DNA of 60,000 nucleotides, filler included, from Hausera hauseri (GCA_046269625.1; 13 parts of 13 records of this genome joined end to end with filler, not necessarily neighbours in it), one strand, 5' to 3'; shown: positions 1-12,888, counted from the whole stretch's first letter. A program made the numbers and translations. The notes: generated by a model not told the origin, from the letters alone.

Positions 1-394
1 ATACCTTTACTTAATATAGATAATACACCAACCGTATGGATCATCTCGCAAACAAGGAACAATAGCATTGTGTCATATAACTACCACCGAAGAACGACAC
101 AACCTTCATACTAAGCCACAAACAATAGCTATCTAAAACAAAATATTGATAAAGAATAGATTGCCCAATATAACAACAATCCGGGACTTTAGATCATTAC
201 TACTGATTATTATACCCTCTCTTGCCATCAAAATTATATTGATATCAACATTGACTCTGTAGCAAAAGACACTGGCAAATTAGAAAACACACCACCTCAC
301 CAAATACGAACGAGAAATGGTCCGAAACATTATCGGATGATTCTACCATTGAGTATATTAGTTTGCTGTATACCCAACTATAAAATTGTAATTT

Positions 395-2457
395 TTAAAT
401 ACGTTTTTGATTGAATTGTCTTTCGAAATCTTCGTACAAACGTATCGCCAAATTTATCGTCGATTCAGAAATAATTCCCAATTTAGACAGATTCAACTCA
501 TTCTCAGATGTCATTGCACCAACGAAGTTTTGTTTCAACGGGGGTTGTAAAAAATAAATATTCAAAATAATCTGAATTATGTAGCAAGAAAATGGCAAAT
601 TAAAAACAATGAAAAATTCAAATTTAAAATGTATTTATTTTCTACATTTGCAACATTTAAACAACTTTTTTTGAGAGAGTGAAACATATTTCATTTATGC
701 AATTGAAAAAAATGTGAAGTATACAACCGATGAAAATCCGTTTAGCAAAGCGACGAAAATAGAAATCAAATCACTCAGTTCGTTAAACCACATCAATGTT
801 TTCTCGTTAATCGACGTCTGTTCCTTACAAACCAACATATCAAAAGCTATCATTTTTTTGGAATTCTGTGAAAGAGACCTTTGAGTGATTTTATCCATAA
901 AAATTCATTAGAAATACTTCCAGCGCCAAAGGATTTTTTTGGATTAAAAAAATTCAATTTCAATAGTAGTTTTGGCAATTTGTTAATAAGAGGTGGATCA
1001 AATAAGACGATTCAATATCTAGTACTGGGACGAGATTAAGAACATCTGTCTCCAAATCTTGTAAGTACATTTCATCTTGTTCGGCTTGATTATGAAACAA
1101 ATTGATTATGTCCTTTGAAACATTTTCATTGATATCCCTTCAATCATCCTGTCCAATCTGTGTCAGAAGCAATTGCATTTTCACTAGATCAAAATGTAGA
1201 GACCATAGATTAAGTTTATTGAAAATTTTTTTGTCATCACATCGACAATGTCCTTACTAGAACATGACAAACGCCATTGATGCTCTTTGGGGAAACAGAT
1301 ATTTAGCAAGTTGCGAACCTGATTATTTGATATGTTTTTGTCAATCAGCATGTTATCCCGAATGAGCCTATTTGGTATTTCCATGGAAAATTTTATGCAC
1401 ACCCACGGAACACAGCAAATTTCTCGAAGGACTCTCAGAGTCAGATCCCAAATTTCGATTTGGGAAACACTTTCATCAATTTCGATCATATATTCTCGCG
1501 AGCGTTTAGATGAGACGACTGGATTAAATAAACCATCGCTACAATTATCTGCATCTTGAGGCCGACCTTTATCGCTATGTACAGTTAGCATTTTCAAAAT
1601 GTCAACAAAAAATTCTGTCGTAACTTTTGCAAAGAAAACGTTAGTAAATTGACATTTTTCAACTGAAAAGCACTCGTGTTGGACATTACGTTCATGTTGG
1701 ACTCAATCGTGAATAATCGATGTAAAATGAACGTTGCAAGACGCGTGGTTGGAATGCATTTCGGGCTAATGGACGACTGCTCTATAAGTCCCTGTGCCAT
1801 GGCAACGCAAATTACTTTGCTCAGTAGGTCGTTGAATGTGAAACAATGTCTAGCGATCAGAGTGACGATGAGTACAAAAATGTTATCGAATACAAGTAGG
1901 TCATTCGATTGAAGTATAGAATTAAAATCCTTCATAAACGTTGATTACCCAAAAAATGCTTTGAAGAGCATAAGAAGACTAAAGAATCCTGTGATTTATT
2001 TTCCAGGAAGCGTAGACACTTGAAGAACAGTACCAACAATCATGGAGTTATATCGAGCAAGTTGATCAGCATCCTGACAGCGGACGATTGTGAATATGCG
2101 ATTGACGACGAAACTGAAACGGGCGGATGGGTTGCTTTGCAGTTCATCGAGGTACCTATCCAGATAAGCCGAACATCCTTTGACGAAATCACAAGCAAAG
2201 CTCTCACCGAGATACTCAACGGTCGGGCTTCTGGACTTGTCGGGCTCAATCGGCCTGTACAAAATGGACTCAACTTTTACAATCGAACTGAATTTGCCGT
2301 TGGAACAAACGATGAAGCACGATTGGTAAAGATTAAGGTGAGAAGCGAACGTGCACCGGGACGCCGATGGACTGCGGAAACTAACACGGATGTGCATGAA
2401 AAACGTCTGGAATCGGGCATCATCTCTGTATCTGAGGTTTATTTGCGCGAAAATCAG
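395..2457 (-). pseudogene. MED12: Intronless, disrupted internal fragment of Mediator subunit MED12 (probable retrocopy cargo)
   Basis: Consecutive minus-strand ORF pieces SASRCTFASHLNLYQSC, NPSARFSFVVN and LIARHCFTFNDLL...PTTRLATFILHRLF match MED12 segments (SAERCILAYLYDLYTSC, NPANRYSFVCN, LIARQCLLLEDL...PGARLTCRILLHLF). Stops and frameshifts; no evident introns over about 2 kb. Confidence 0.8.
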
Positions 2458-2570
2458 AAATTTTCGAGGTGGAAGATCGGGACCCGCCTATGGGCCCGAT
2501 GTGGCAGCAACAGAGTCCCGCCGTGCCCAACCAAATGGGTCAAAGGGCACCGGTCGCTGTGGGCACCACA
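2458..2570 (-). repeat. Gypsy family A LTR 5' head (about 113 bp) inserted into a Polinton penton gene and joined to MED12
   Basis: Minus strand starts TGTGGTGCCCACAGCGACC and aligns with 9145-9256 and 20447-20559. The TG end abuts mid-penton sequence at 2571. Confidence 0.85.
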
Positions 2571-2955
2571 TAAAGCTTTGGCCATGGTATTGGGTTTTGA
2601 AAAACAGCAGTTTGAGGCATCGACGGATATGAAGACGGAGGCGATACATGTTGCAACACTCAAACCCAAACTGAAAACTGGGCTAAGTCAAATGTACATT
2701 TACGTGAACGTCACCGAACCGATTTCGGTCTGTGGAGTACGTGTACCGCTACTCCGTGCAATTTGTCCGGAAAGCAGCAAGTATATTGCCGGCGACAATG
2801 TCACTGTCAAGCTCTATAATTCTATGTACCTACGGTGGCATCTATATCTATAAACAATGTTGAAGTGAATATCCGATGTGACGCGGGCTACCTTATTGAA
2901 TTTCTGTACGGTATTACAACCAGACTAACCCTTCATTTCTGTCCAATCCAACAAC
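2571..2955 (+). pseudogene. Polinton/adintovirus minor capsid (penton, PX), 3' part only
   Basis: KALAMVLGFEK...QMYIYVNVTEPISVCGVRVPLLRAI...EVNIR...LTLHF. Closely similar to the C-terminal part of 17026-17838. The 5' half is replaced by the LTR insertion. Confidence 0.85.
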
Positions 2956-2964
2956 AACAACAAA

Positions 2965-3330
2965 ATGATTGATTCCGAGATCGTTTCCATTCACAATAAA
3001 CCGCAGCAGGGCGGTAAACTGCCGTATTTCGTTGGTAAACAGTATGGCTCTGAATGGTTGCGTACATTGGCACGTTTAGCATTTCCGGTGTTGAAGCGTA
3101 TTGGAGCCGTGGCCGAAAAAACAGCACAGGACGTACTATATGAAAATAAATCGATTTTACCATCACTGAAGGAACACGCCTTGTCCGAAATAAAAAGCGC
3201 TGCATTGGGAGTCGTTGAATCAGTCAAAAAACAATTCGCTGGCAGTAGCTTAATGACGAGAAAACGCCATAGAACATCATCAAGTTTATCAGCCATAAAC
3301 AAACGTCGTCGTCGTACGATTTTCGATTAA
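2965..3330 (+). CDS. Polinton/adintovirus small basic core-like virion protein
   Basis: Intact 121-aa ORF between penton and major capsid. Has QQGGKLPYFVGKQYG Gly-rich motifs, an amphipathic WLRTLARLAFPVLKRIG segment and a basic tail (RKRHR...KRRRR). Confidence 0.7.
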   Translation: MIDSEIVSIHNKPQQGGKLPYFVGKQYGSEWLRTLARLAFPVLKRIGAVAEKTAQDVLYENKSILPSLKEHALSEIKSAALGVVESVKKQFAGSSLMTRKRHRTSSSLSAINKRRRRTIFD

Positions 3331-3334
3331 TTAA

Positions 3335-4547
3335 TTGATGGCATCTGCGAAATCTGAATTGTGTATATTTGACAAAGCGACGCCACAAGTTGTTATTGAC
3401 GATGCGGCATTTAAAGAAATCTATCCCGTTAATTTGGTTTCAACGGGCAATAACAATGGCATTCAATTCAACATTATGGCATGGGACAATGAATACCTGG
3501 ATTTGAACGATACGCTACTCTATGTAAAAGTCATTGTTAAAAAGGACGTGTCAACGGTTCTCGCTGCAACAGACACTGTCACACCGGTCAATTACTTTTT
3601 CCTCACACTGTTCCAGGAGGCTTCACTGACTCTGAAAAGCGTGAAAATCGAAGGCAACATCAGTCCATACAGTATCAAAGCACTCATTGAAACGGCTCTG
3701 AATTACAGCGCAGACACAAAAACGACTTATTTGGCGAAAACCATCGGATACGATGCCACAACGGCAAACCGTCAGGCATGGGTGGCAGAATCAAAACCGC
3801 TTACAATGTGTGGGCCGCTGTACTTTCACTTTTTCGATCAGCCGAAATGCCTACTATCAGGTGTTAAAGCCATGATTCGGCTCATACGAAGTGACAATGT
3901 CTTTTCTTTGAAAACCAAATCTCAAACCCATACTGAAAATTACCGAGGCACGATTATACGTACGTCGAGTAAAAGTAGATCCATCAGTGCTCATGGAACA
4001 TCGATTGGGCTTAGAAACGAAAAATGCCTGTTACTCGATACAACGCACAGAACTCGTCTTTTCCACCATACCGAAAGGTTCAACTACGTTTTACAAACAT
4101 GCACTGTTTGGCGACATGCGATTGACGAATTTTTTCTCGTTACATTTCAAACGACTGTTCAACAAACGGGCAGTTATACCACCGAATCGGAAACGTTTAC
4201 CCATCAGTTTGGGCAGGAATGTGGATTTCGTCGAGACGTACAAGCAAGACTTTGAGTCTAATGATTACGTTTGCATATATATGCAATCTATTGCGCGCAA
4301 CATGGATTTGCTCAACAAAAACATCAACAATATCATATCAATGGATTTATTCAAATCCAACTATCCATTCTTCACTTTTGTCCTGGCTTCGGATTATGAC
4401 GTTGAGCAGACTCAACTACCTCAGCAGGGAAACCTGCGACTGGAGGATCACTTTGCTAAAGCGTTGGCGCAATCTACCGTGATGTACATTTACGGTGTAT
4501 TTGATGCTGAGGTGGAAATAACGAAAAACGGAACCGTCATTGTATAA
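3335..4547 (+). pseudogene. Polinton/adintovirus double-jelly-roll major capsid protein (PY/hexon), frameshifted
   Basis: N-terminal AKSELCIF...PQVVI...EIYPV and EYLDLNDTLLYVKV; C-terminal QGNLRLE.HFAKAL...YGVFDAEVEITKNGTV. Split over ORFs 3335-4255 and 3987-4547. Confidence 0.88.
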
Positions 4548-4583
4548 ATAAAATCCACTGTCTCACCTTTTCAGCGTCGTCGT

Positions 4584-4683
4584 NNNNNNNNNNNNNNNNN
4601 NNNNNNNNNNNNNNNNNNNNNNNNNNNTTAATTAATTAANNNNNNNNNNNNNNNNNNNNNNNNNNNNNNNNNNNNNNNNNNNN
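4584..4683. other. Artificial contig-joining spacer (first of 12)
   Basis: N-run + TTAATTAATTAA (stops in all six frames) + N-run, 100 bp. Repeated at about 8662, 12889, 18286, 23256, 27808, 31885, 36320, 41254, 45821, 50464 and 55807. Adjacency across spacers is not biological. Confidence 0.98.
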
Positions 4684-7367
4684 GACACCATTACATGTTG
4701 ACTGTCTGAATTGAGCCAAAGTGCTTTTTCAACGAGAGGATTGTATTCACCAAAGGGTCTGAAAGTAATGTAAAGATTGTCATCGTGTTGCGGATAAAAC
4801 TGTGTGACATGATACAGAAAGTTATAGATGGCAAATTTCGGACAGCGCATTATTCTGATACGTCTCAAATTTGGCATAGAATCCGCTGGTGGTGCTGTTC
4901 CCGAATTTATAACAATCGCTTGCAGTTCTGGACAGTTTTCCAGCGTGATACTTTTCAATCTGTGACAAGAGATCAAAACTAAATGTGTGATACCGACCTT
5001 TTCCATATGTAATGTTGTTAAGTGAGCAAATGAATTTTGTTTTAATTCAATTTTATACAACCGTGGTTTGAAATAAAGCCGCAATGAGGTCGTATCTAAA
5101 GATACATCTTGGGCTTCCCACTCCCTGGGACTGTGTTTTACGTTAGATTCGGACTGTGTAAAACTTATGGTGGATGGGTTACCAAAATTATCGATGGGAC
5201 ACGAACACAACTTGCAACCATATTCTGTGATGTTGATTGCTGATATCTTTGTGTTTTTAGAATTTGATGTGTAGCCTGAATTCGATTGGTGTCTAGATGA
5301 CAGATTTGCTTTCTGAAAACACTGTTCATCTGACATTTGAAATATGTCCCTCTGCCACACAGCATCAAGCCAATCAATGTTACCACAAACACAAGTTTGA
5401 GTGGAACTGCTCTGAAAATCACTCAAAACACATTCTTCCAAATTTTGCGAACTGCCGATCCAAGACTGTTCTGAAATTCGACGCTTCTTTACTGATTTAT
5501 CTGACTGCGACGTGTCTTTCTTAGCTATTTTGGATGATTTTGGAGTTGGAAATAAAGACTTGTGAATCAATATTCCATGGTTAAGAAAATTGTTAGTGAT
5601 TTTCTCGTTAGAACGCGAACGTTTTCGTTTTGACGTTCCGATCAACTTAGATACTTCTGAGGATTTCGAGGATTCTTCGTGGACAATGGTAGATGTCTGT
5701 TGATTTGAATCGTCTAAAAGCACCAAATTTCCCAAACCCAAATTTTCCAGTCTATGAACCATACTGATGCTTTTCGTCGCATTAACAATCATTGATGCTC
5801 TTAGGAATTCATTTTGTCTGATAGAAGCACCAAGATTCGTATGCTGGGCTCCTAAAACTTGAGCTCCTGCGGCATTATAGGATGCCAAACCAACCGTACT
5901 CATTCCAAACATTCCGCTATCTGCATTTGGAATTCTGATATCAGTGGTATTTAAACTTGGAATAAATATTCGAGAGAACCGATTTGTTGCTGGATTAGAA
6001 TTATCCATAATATCGCCGACATTTATGGATGTATTCGTCAAATTATTATTAGTGAGATTGAATGAATCGTGTGAATTAATACTTCCAGGAGGTCGAATTG
6101 GGAATATTGGGCAGTTTCTATCACAGAGGCCTTCGATGGTTTGATTTCTGACTGTCATGTTCTGAGTATTCATAGGAAATGTAGTTAGCTTCCCACGAAG
6201 ATTAAAACCATGAAATACATGAAAAGGAATGTTTTGATTACGATTGTTACTCAAGCAATCACTGAAAACAGAACTGTCGATTTCTGCCTGAAGAACATCA
6301 CATTTTGGAAGTGGTAGAAATAAGTCACGAAGTACCAGCATTTCGAGCTGAGGAAATGCAGTGGCAGGATGATTTAAAATGAAAGATATAGTCTCTGGTC
6401 TTATTCCGGGGCAATTTTCAAGGGTCAATGATTTGAGAGGAAATGTGGCGGGTAATTGGTCGTCATTTTCTGAATTATTGTCAAACGGATTTATGGGTTT
6501 ATTCCCAATGGGATATGGCCACTTCCTTGGAGACCACATCATGGGATCTTCGACATAAATAGCATGACGAAGATGAAGTGATATGAGTTTCGGAGCGATT
6601 TTCATCAATGCGGCTACTCCTCTATCTGTTATCTTACAAATAGGTAGACTATGATCTGGCGAGTCATGAAGCCCCAAATTATGAATTTCGACACCAGTAA
6701 GCATTGACTGAAACGGATCTTGATAACCCAAAATGATACTCTCCAATTTCTGCATAGTAACTTTTTGATCAACCATAGATTTTTCAAGGACACATTCATA
6801 CGCCTGTGCCAGCATTAGTAAATTCAGAAATCGCAATAAATCAAATTCCAAATCTGACGAAGGCAACGGTGTGTATTTTTCCAAAATATGTTGAAAAGCC
6901 CAAGCGGAACATTGGAAATGGGTGCAAGCTACTTTCGTACTGTCAAGTTCAATTCTGGTTTCCTTTGATCCCAAATTACAATGTAAACAACCGATATTGA
7001 ACAAAATCGAAGCTTCTTCCAGCCGGACATCATTGCATGATATCGGCGAACCTGATATTGGATCATCCCAAGTCCAAATGACACAATTAACGGAATCATC
7101 GGAATTTAATGGAAATCTTGCTTTCAAAAACTGCAACTGACAGAAGTAACGTTTCAAACTGAGCAACGAATTTAGACTTTCAGTACCAGTGAGACAATTT
7201 TTACGTAAATTGAGAAATTCTTTAAATGCTGTATCATTTACCGCAACTGTATCGTTTACCACAGCTTTACATTGGACTTTCAAATTATATTTCTTTACTG
7301 ACACCATTGTTAAATTTTTGTTATATTGGTTTTGTGGATATAAAATTCTGGAAGATGTACGTGCCAA
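4684..7367 (-). CDS. Uninterrupted chimeric ORF: partial BRO1 domain (PTPN23/HD-PTP-like) fused in frame to the central and C-terminal part of an FBXO38-like protein; 3' end runs into the gap
   Basis: aa ~47-203 LKRYFCQLQFLKARFP...EEASILFNIG...VACTHFQCSAWAF...LMLAQAYECVLEKS is BRO1-like. From MQKLESIILGY onward, IHNLGL...ITDRGVAAL...LTLENC and VGITHLVLISC...YITFRP resemble FBXO38. About 895 codons with no stop or intron. Confidence 0.8.
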
Positions 7368-7385
7368 AATGTAGGTATTGTCGAG

Positions 7386-7489
7386 TTATAGAGAATGATA
7401 AAAATCCGATTATTACGGTAATAAAATTCCAACAGAATTATAGAGAATGATAAAAATCCAATTATTACGGTAATAATATTCCAACAGAA
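7386..7489. repeat. Tandem duplication of a 52-bp unit
   Basis: TTATAGAGAATGATAAAAATCCRATTATTACGGTAATAAWATTCCAACAGAA twice, just upstream of the chimeric ORF. Confidence 0.9.
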
Positions 7490-7744
7490 AAAAAAACGTC
7501 TTTATGATATGAAATGTAAAAATCTAATTGATAAAGATCAATATTTATTTATTATCAGTAACCATTTATTCTAAACTCTGTACAATATTTAAACAACATT
7601 TTTTTTAATTGATCATTGCCAAATTAACACAACAAAATATAAAAAATATTTTCATCAGTCTACTGATCAAAAATTCTGCGTAGTTCTCGATGGTTGACAT
7701 AGGAGAATATTGGAATCACAATTTATTTCGTCGATATAAAGTCG

Positions 7745-8390
7745 TTATTGGGGATAGATTTGTTTGGACAGGTGTTGAGAATTGAGAAAAACTGTCAAAT
7801 TTAGATTCTTCAATTGCGTTATCTGGGTGACTGAATTGTCTAGAGGATTATTTGTACGATCGTGTTCGTCATTTGGCTGCGGCAATTTGTCAGTCAAAAC
7901 CGGTATATCAATTGAATTTCTTTTATCGTCGCTTTGCGTTTCCTCCATTATTTCGACGGGATTGCCAATGAACGTACCTCATGTACTTTCTGTTATTGGA
8001 TGAATATTAACTGTCGAAAGATTCAAAAATTCGTTCGTACAACTCGGTATTCGATTGATATTTTTCTTTTGATGGAACATCATCTGTAGTACTGATAAAA
8101 TAAACTGGGGAGATTTTAGGTGAAGAAATCAATTGTTAGATCGTTTTCAATAACAAGAACTCTTGGTAATAACTTTTAACTGCATCGATTTCGGCTTTCA
8201 TCTTTTTTTATTTTTTTAATCGATCTGAATTGCGCAGTTCTTGATAAGCTTTGTTCCATTTATTGATCAGAAACATTGTCATTGGAGATTTTGGGAATTT
8301 TGAATTAGATAGTATGAATTGCCATAGAACATTAGGAATTTTGAAACAGATTGTTGTATTGTTTTTCTTGAAAAGTTGGCTCTTCTACCT
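7745..8390 (-). pseudogene. Unidentified degenerate host-like coding fragment directly following an LTR head
   Basis: Broken minus-strand reading frames, including ORF 7745-7948. No family recognised. Confidence 0.35.
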
Positions 8391-8661
8391 GAATCCGCGG
8401 CACCACACTACCCCCCGTTACGGAAATGACACTTTATTAGAGAAAAGAAAGTTAGTAGACAGAGTAGTGGGGTGTAGAAGAACTTGACAGAAGCAAATTT
8501 TGATGTGATTGAAACAGAAACGTGGAAAGAATACGTTTTGTGAGCTATTGCATCTTAGTATGGACAAGGCGTTGAATTCTGTCGACATTCTGTTCTCTGC
8601 TGTATTTGCTAAAGGTAACAGTCTTACTCTTCTTACTGTGTTGTTTAATTACTTGTTGAGT
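8391..8661 (-). mobile_element. Gypsy family C 3' region: PPT plus 17-bp LTR head
   Basis: Aligns with 59322-59590. Minus strand reads ACGGGGGGTAG (PPT) then TGTGGTGCCGCGGATTC, then unrelated sequence. Confidence 0.8.
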
Positions 8662-9144
8662 NNNNNNNNNNNNNNNNNNNNNNNNNNNNNNNNNNNNNNN
8701 NNNNNTTAATTAATTAANNNNNNNNNNNNNNNNNNNNNNNNNNNNNNNNNNNNNNNNNNNNATATTTTCCGAATAGCTGCTTCATAATTAAATTGACATA
8801 TTTTGGATATTGAATCACCAGTCAATTTGTAATTTCTTTGGCATGATTTATGAAAGCGTTCATTCCAATTACTTCTTCTAGCGCCCTTTGCATCACTGAA
8901 AATTGAAATAAATTGCTCGTTGTTAGACTGAGTATATGGCAGGATGAAAACGGAGCAGACGCCTTCAAAATATTCGTGATAGATTGCATACTATTGGTCC
9001 TTTTACTGACTGCATTGTTTGCACTTAGTGAATTGCTAGATCGAACAGCAATAGCCAGTTTACCGAAAGGGTTAATATCGGTGGCTATTGGGGTAATTGA
9101 ATTAACAATATACTCGGTAATCCTCTCGTCTAATTCGACGGATT

Positions 9145-9256
9145 ATATTCTTAAAGCGGGAGTCGGACCCGACTAACGATCCGACGCGGCGATATAGGAC
9201 GCCCGGTCGTGTCCAATCAAACGGGCCAAAGGACACCGGCCGCGGTGGGCACCACA
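9145..9256 (-). repeat. Gypsy family A 3' LTR head (about 112 bp), followed by unrelated host-like sequence (8762-9144)
   Basis: Minus strand: end of integrase ORF (9335), CGGGGATGA purine tract, then TGTGGTGCCCACCGCGGCC. Homologous to 2458-2570 and 20447-20559. Confidence 0.85.
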
Positions 9257-12200
9257 TCATCCCCGTGGCAAAGTGAAAACTATAAAGATCAAAATAGACG
9301 GAAAGAAAAAATCGCTAAACCAAAAGTGTCTGTGTCAACTGGTCTTAGTGTGAACAAGACGTTGGGTGCCTTCTACTAATTTGTCCCTGCTATACATGCT
9401 AAATGTAACTGCGTGTTTTGTTTGTATGCGATGTGTTTGCTTGTGGAGTATGGAGTTTGGGAAAAAATTGTCAGATTTTGTTGTGGGTGTTGTGTCGTGC
9501 AAAGACGAGTCAGGATGAAGCGAAGAAGAATGTGAAGGAGGAAGAGAGATTGGTGGAGACGGATGGTTAAAGGTATTTAAGAGAGTGTTAGAAGACAAAG
9601 GACTGACAAGAGGTGTAGTAGTGGATGAAGGAGAGACAGAAGTTGGAGTAGAAAGTGGAATTGTATTGGGCGAAAGAGTAGAAGTAGAAAATGAAACAGA
9701 AGGATTGGTAGAGACAGGAAGAGTGGTAGGGGTAGAAGGTGTGGAAAATGATGAAGCGGAACTAGGAACAGAAAGAGAAGGTGGAACAGGTGTAGCAACA
9801 GATATAGGAATATCAGGGAGTGTAGGAGTAAGAAAAGAGGTTGACGTGTCGATTGGTGAAATGTCGTCGACAAAGAAGGCGGGCTTCAAGTTTGTGATAT
9901 GCACCGTAAGTTCTTTGTCATCTTTAGAAATAATAGCGTTATGTGAATGCAGCTGTATCAGTTTATAGGGCCCAGATACCGCGGCTGAAAACCGCACGGC
10001 GTCTGATTTTTTAGCCATACGAATTTTGCCGAATACAAATCTTCGGGTAAATATGTTTTGTTTTTATGAAGTAACGTGCAAAACGAATATTTGCTGACCG
10101 TAACAAAGTGACTTTGTGCCGCCCGTATCATTTCGCCTGTAGGAGTGTCGTCTAGGGCAGTTACTTCGAATAGTGATCGTATAGGAGCTCCGAATAAGGC
10201 TTCAGTAGGTGAGCAGACGTAGTGTTCCGCCAGCTGAGCAGAACAAACGGAAGAAGATTTGTCCAACTAATGTTGGACTCTGCAAGAATTCTTAGTGACG
10301 TTTTCTATGTGCGGTGGAAGCGTTCTACAAGGCCATTCGATTGGGGGCGATAAGGCATAGTATGTATGTGTTGGATCCCTAAACGGTTAATGAGGGATTT
10401 GAACAGGTTGGATTCAAACTGTGAACCCTGGTCCGTGATGATTAAGCGAGGTGATCCAAACTTGCTAATCCATGTACGAATGAAAACATCAACTATGGTA
10501 TCGGTGTTCGTGCTCCACAGAGGGATGGCTTCTGGCCATCGCGAGGAACGGTCCATCATGGTGATGATGAATTGATGACCGTTGTTTGGAGGAAGAGAGC
10601 CAACGATGTCGATATGCACGGATTCGAAACGCGATGTGCAGGGGAAGTGGAACAGTGGTGGCTTTAGATGCTTAGTTGTTTTGTATTTTTGGCAAGCCAC
10701 GCACTCCTTAACCCATGCGTGCACATCAGAACGCATTGACGGCCAAATTACTTGTCGGTGGAGTAAACGAAAGATGGCTTTAGCACCAGGCTGATGTAGC
10801 GAATAAACACTGTTGAATGCTTGCCTTTGCAATGATGGTGCAATAATTATTACGAATGACATAGTTTGGAAGTGTCTAAAGCCACGCCGTCAAGGATTGT
10901 GCAAGACTTGAAAGAATTAAGCTTGTCCTGAGGTGGCTGGTTCTGTTGAAGTTGAGCTTGCGTAAAAATCGGTGAGAAATTAATCGAACTAACCGACCTA
11001 GATAAAAAGTCGGCAACCAAATTATTAACTCCGTTAATATGTTTTATGTCGAAGTTAAATATCGTCAATTATGATATCTGTCGTTCTTGGCGTGTGGAAG
11101 GATGTTTCATAGCCATGATGTTAAGTAAGGGTTTGTGATCGGTCTGTATGGTAAAATAGCGAGCGATAAGTAGGCGGGAGAAATGCTTTAAAGCGAGAAC
11201 GATGGCCAATAATTCTTGATCGAACGTTGAATATCTAGTTTCAGGGGTTGTTAGCTTACGAGAAAAAAATTCTGGTGGTTGATTTTCTCCTTTATAGATT
11301 TGGTGAAGCACAGCACCTACCGCAGTAGTTGAAGCGTCTCTGGTAAGGATAAGTTCCGTGTCAGGCTTGGGGAAAGCGTAAATGTCGACGGTCTTAATTC
11401 CTTCACGTAGCTTATCACGCTTATCAACCAATTCAAATGTCCACTGAATTGGCTGATGTTTTTTGACGCCGCTTTAGTGTGCAAATGGCGCTGTCAGTTC
11501 GGAACAATATGGTATATATTTATGTACAAAGTGTAGTGTACCAAGGAAGCTGCGCATTTCAGTGGTCGTATGTGGTAACTGGATATTCTTAAAAGCTTCA
11601 ACTCGGTCTGGTTTGGGAGTGGCCTGTGAAAATCTGTCATTTTGCCTCGGTCATGCCTTGACAATTTGATTGCGATTCAGCAACATTAAAAGGATAATTA
11701 AAATTCTATTTCACTTAAAATTTTACAATGATAGTAAATATGAATATTTAAACAAAACGAAATGACTATATAATTTTGTGTGCTATTGGGTGAATGTGGG
11801 CGCCACATGGCCGTCTGGTGAAATAACGTGGCCCAAAAAGTTGATGCGCTTTTTAAAGAAATGGAGTTTGTCAAAATTGACTCGGAGATTATGGTGTTTA
11901 AGGCGTTGGAATAGCGCGCCGAGGTGTTCATCGTATTGTTTGGCTGAAGACGAAACGACCAGAATATCATCAATGTAAGGGTGTGCAAACGGGAAATCTG
12001 ATAGAATTGATTCAGTATGTCGCTGAAAAGTTTGCGCGGCATTTCGCAAACCCAATGACAAACACATATTCGTAGAGACCAAAAGGAGTAGTGACAGCAG
12101 TCTTTTCTATGTCGTCGGGTGCCACCGGTATTTGGTGATATGCTTTGGCCAAATCGATGCTCGAGCAAATTGCGGTTAAATTAAGGCGATACAAGATATC

Positions 12201-12888
12201 TTTAATGAGTTGCAGGGGGTACGCATCCGTAATAGTCAAGTTGTTCAACTGTTGGTAATCACCACATGGTCTGAAAGTTCCGTCCTTTTTTGTACAACAT
12301 GTAAAGCCGACGACCAAGGAGATTTGAAACGGCGAACAATGCCGGAGCGTTTTAGTTCTAGAAATTCGGCTTACACGGCCTGCCTATGACGAGATGACAG
12401 TAGTCGTACCTTTTGGCGTATTGGTCGTTGATGTTGAGTAACTATGTGGTATAAAGTACTGTTTGCAGGAGTCAACGTACGATCTTTTTTAATTACGCGT
12501 AGACAAGATGTGTTGAGGAATTGCTGCAAAGTTGTAGGCAACTGTGGGAGATTCGATGATGATGGTGAAACAGCTTGAGTAGTAGCGGATGCAATTTGTG
12601 AATTATTTGCTGATGTAAAGTCAATTGGTGTTTGGTGCAAGATAGTCGATTTAAAAATGGTGTTGGATGAAGTGATTTCGTCAAGCGAATTAACGTTGGT
12701 GACAATACCACAATTGGCGACATCGAACCTCGATTGAATATCAGTATTATTATTTAAAAATTTACGAAATGAAATATTACGGAAATTTGAATTAGTTTTT
12801 GGTTTCCTCAGTGTTAGAGTTGAGATATGGGACGAAACGCGGAGTCTGTCTAATACCATTTATTTCCAAGTCATGTTGTACATGAAAA
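9257..12888 (-). mobile_element. Ty3/Gypsy retrotransposon family A, degenerate pol (RT-RNase H-integrase with Ser/Thr/Pro-rich tail)
   Basis: RT motifs RPCGDY, DLAKAYHQIP, KTAVTTPFG and YIDDILV. RNase H motifs DASTTAVGAVL and FFSRKL...ELLAI. Integrase motifs HQPG...CVAC, HIDIVG, DQGSQF and NGLVERFHRT. Domain order is RT-RH-IN. Confidence 0.95.
11625..11807 (-). mobile_element. 183-bp TG...CA insertion with 5-bp target-site duplication inside the Gypsy RT
   Basis: TGGCC at 11620-11624 and 11808-11812. Minus strand starts TGTGGCGCCCACATTC and ends TTTTCACA, with an AT-rich interior. RT sequence (ISPDG / PKPDRVEAF) resumes on both sides. Confidence 0.85.

Noticed and set aside
2020-2853. 277-aa plus-strand ORF as a single gene
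   Set aside because: Accidental read-through of antisense MED12, the antisense LTR head and the penton 3' part.
3900-3990. Programmed frameshift in the major capsid gene, since both copies break near the same place
   Set aside because: The lesions differ (a short deletion here, an in-frame TAG near 16056 in the other copy), so this is independent decay.
9577-9968. Leu/His-rich and Val/Glu/Gly-rich ORFs (also 18922-19234)
   Set aside because: Alternative-frame and antisense shadows of the low-complexity integrase tail.
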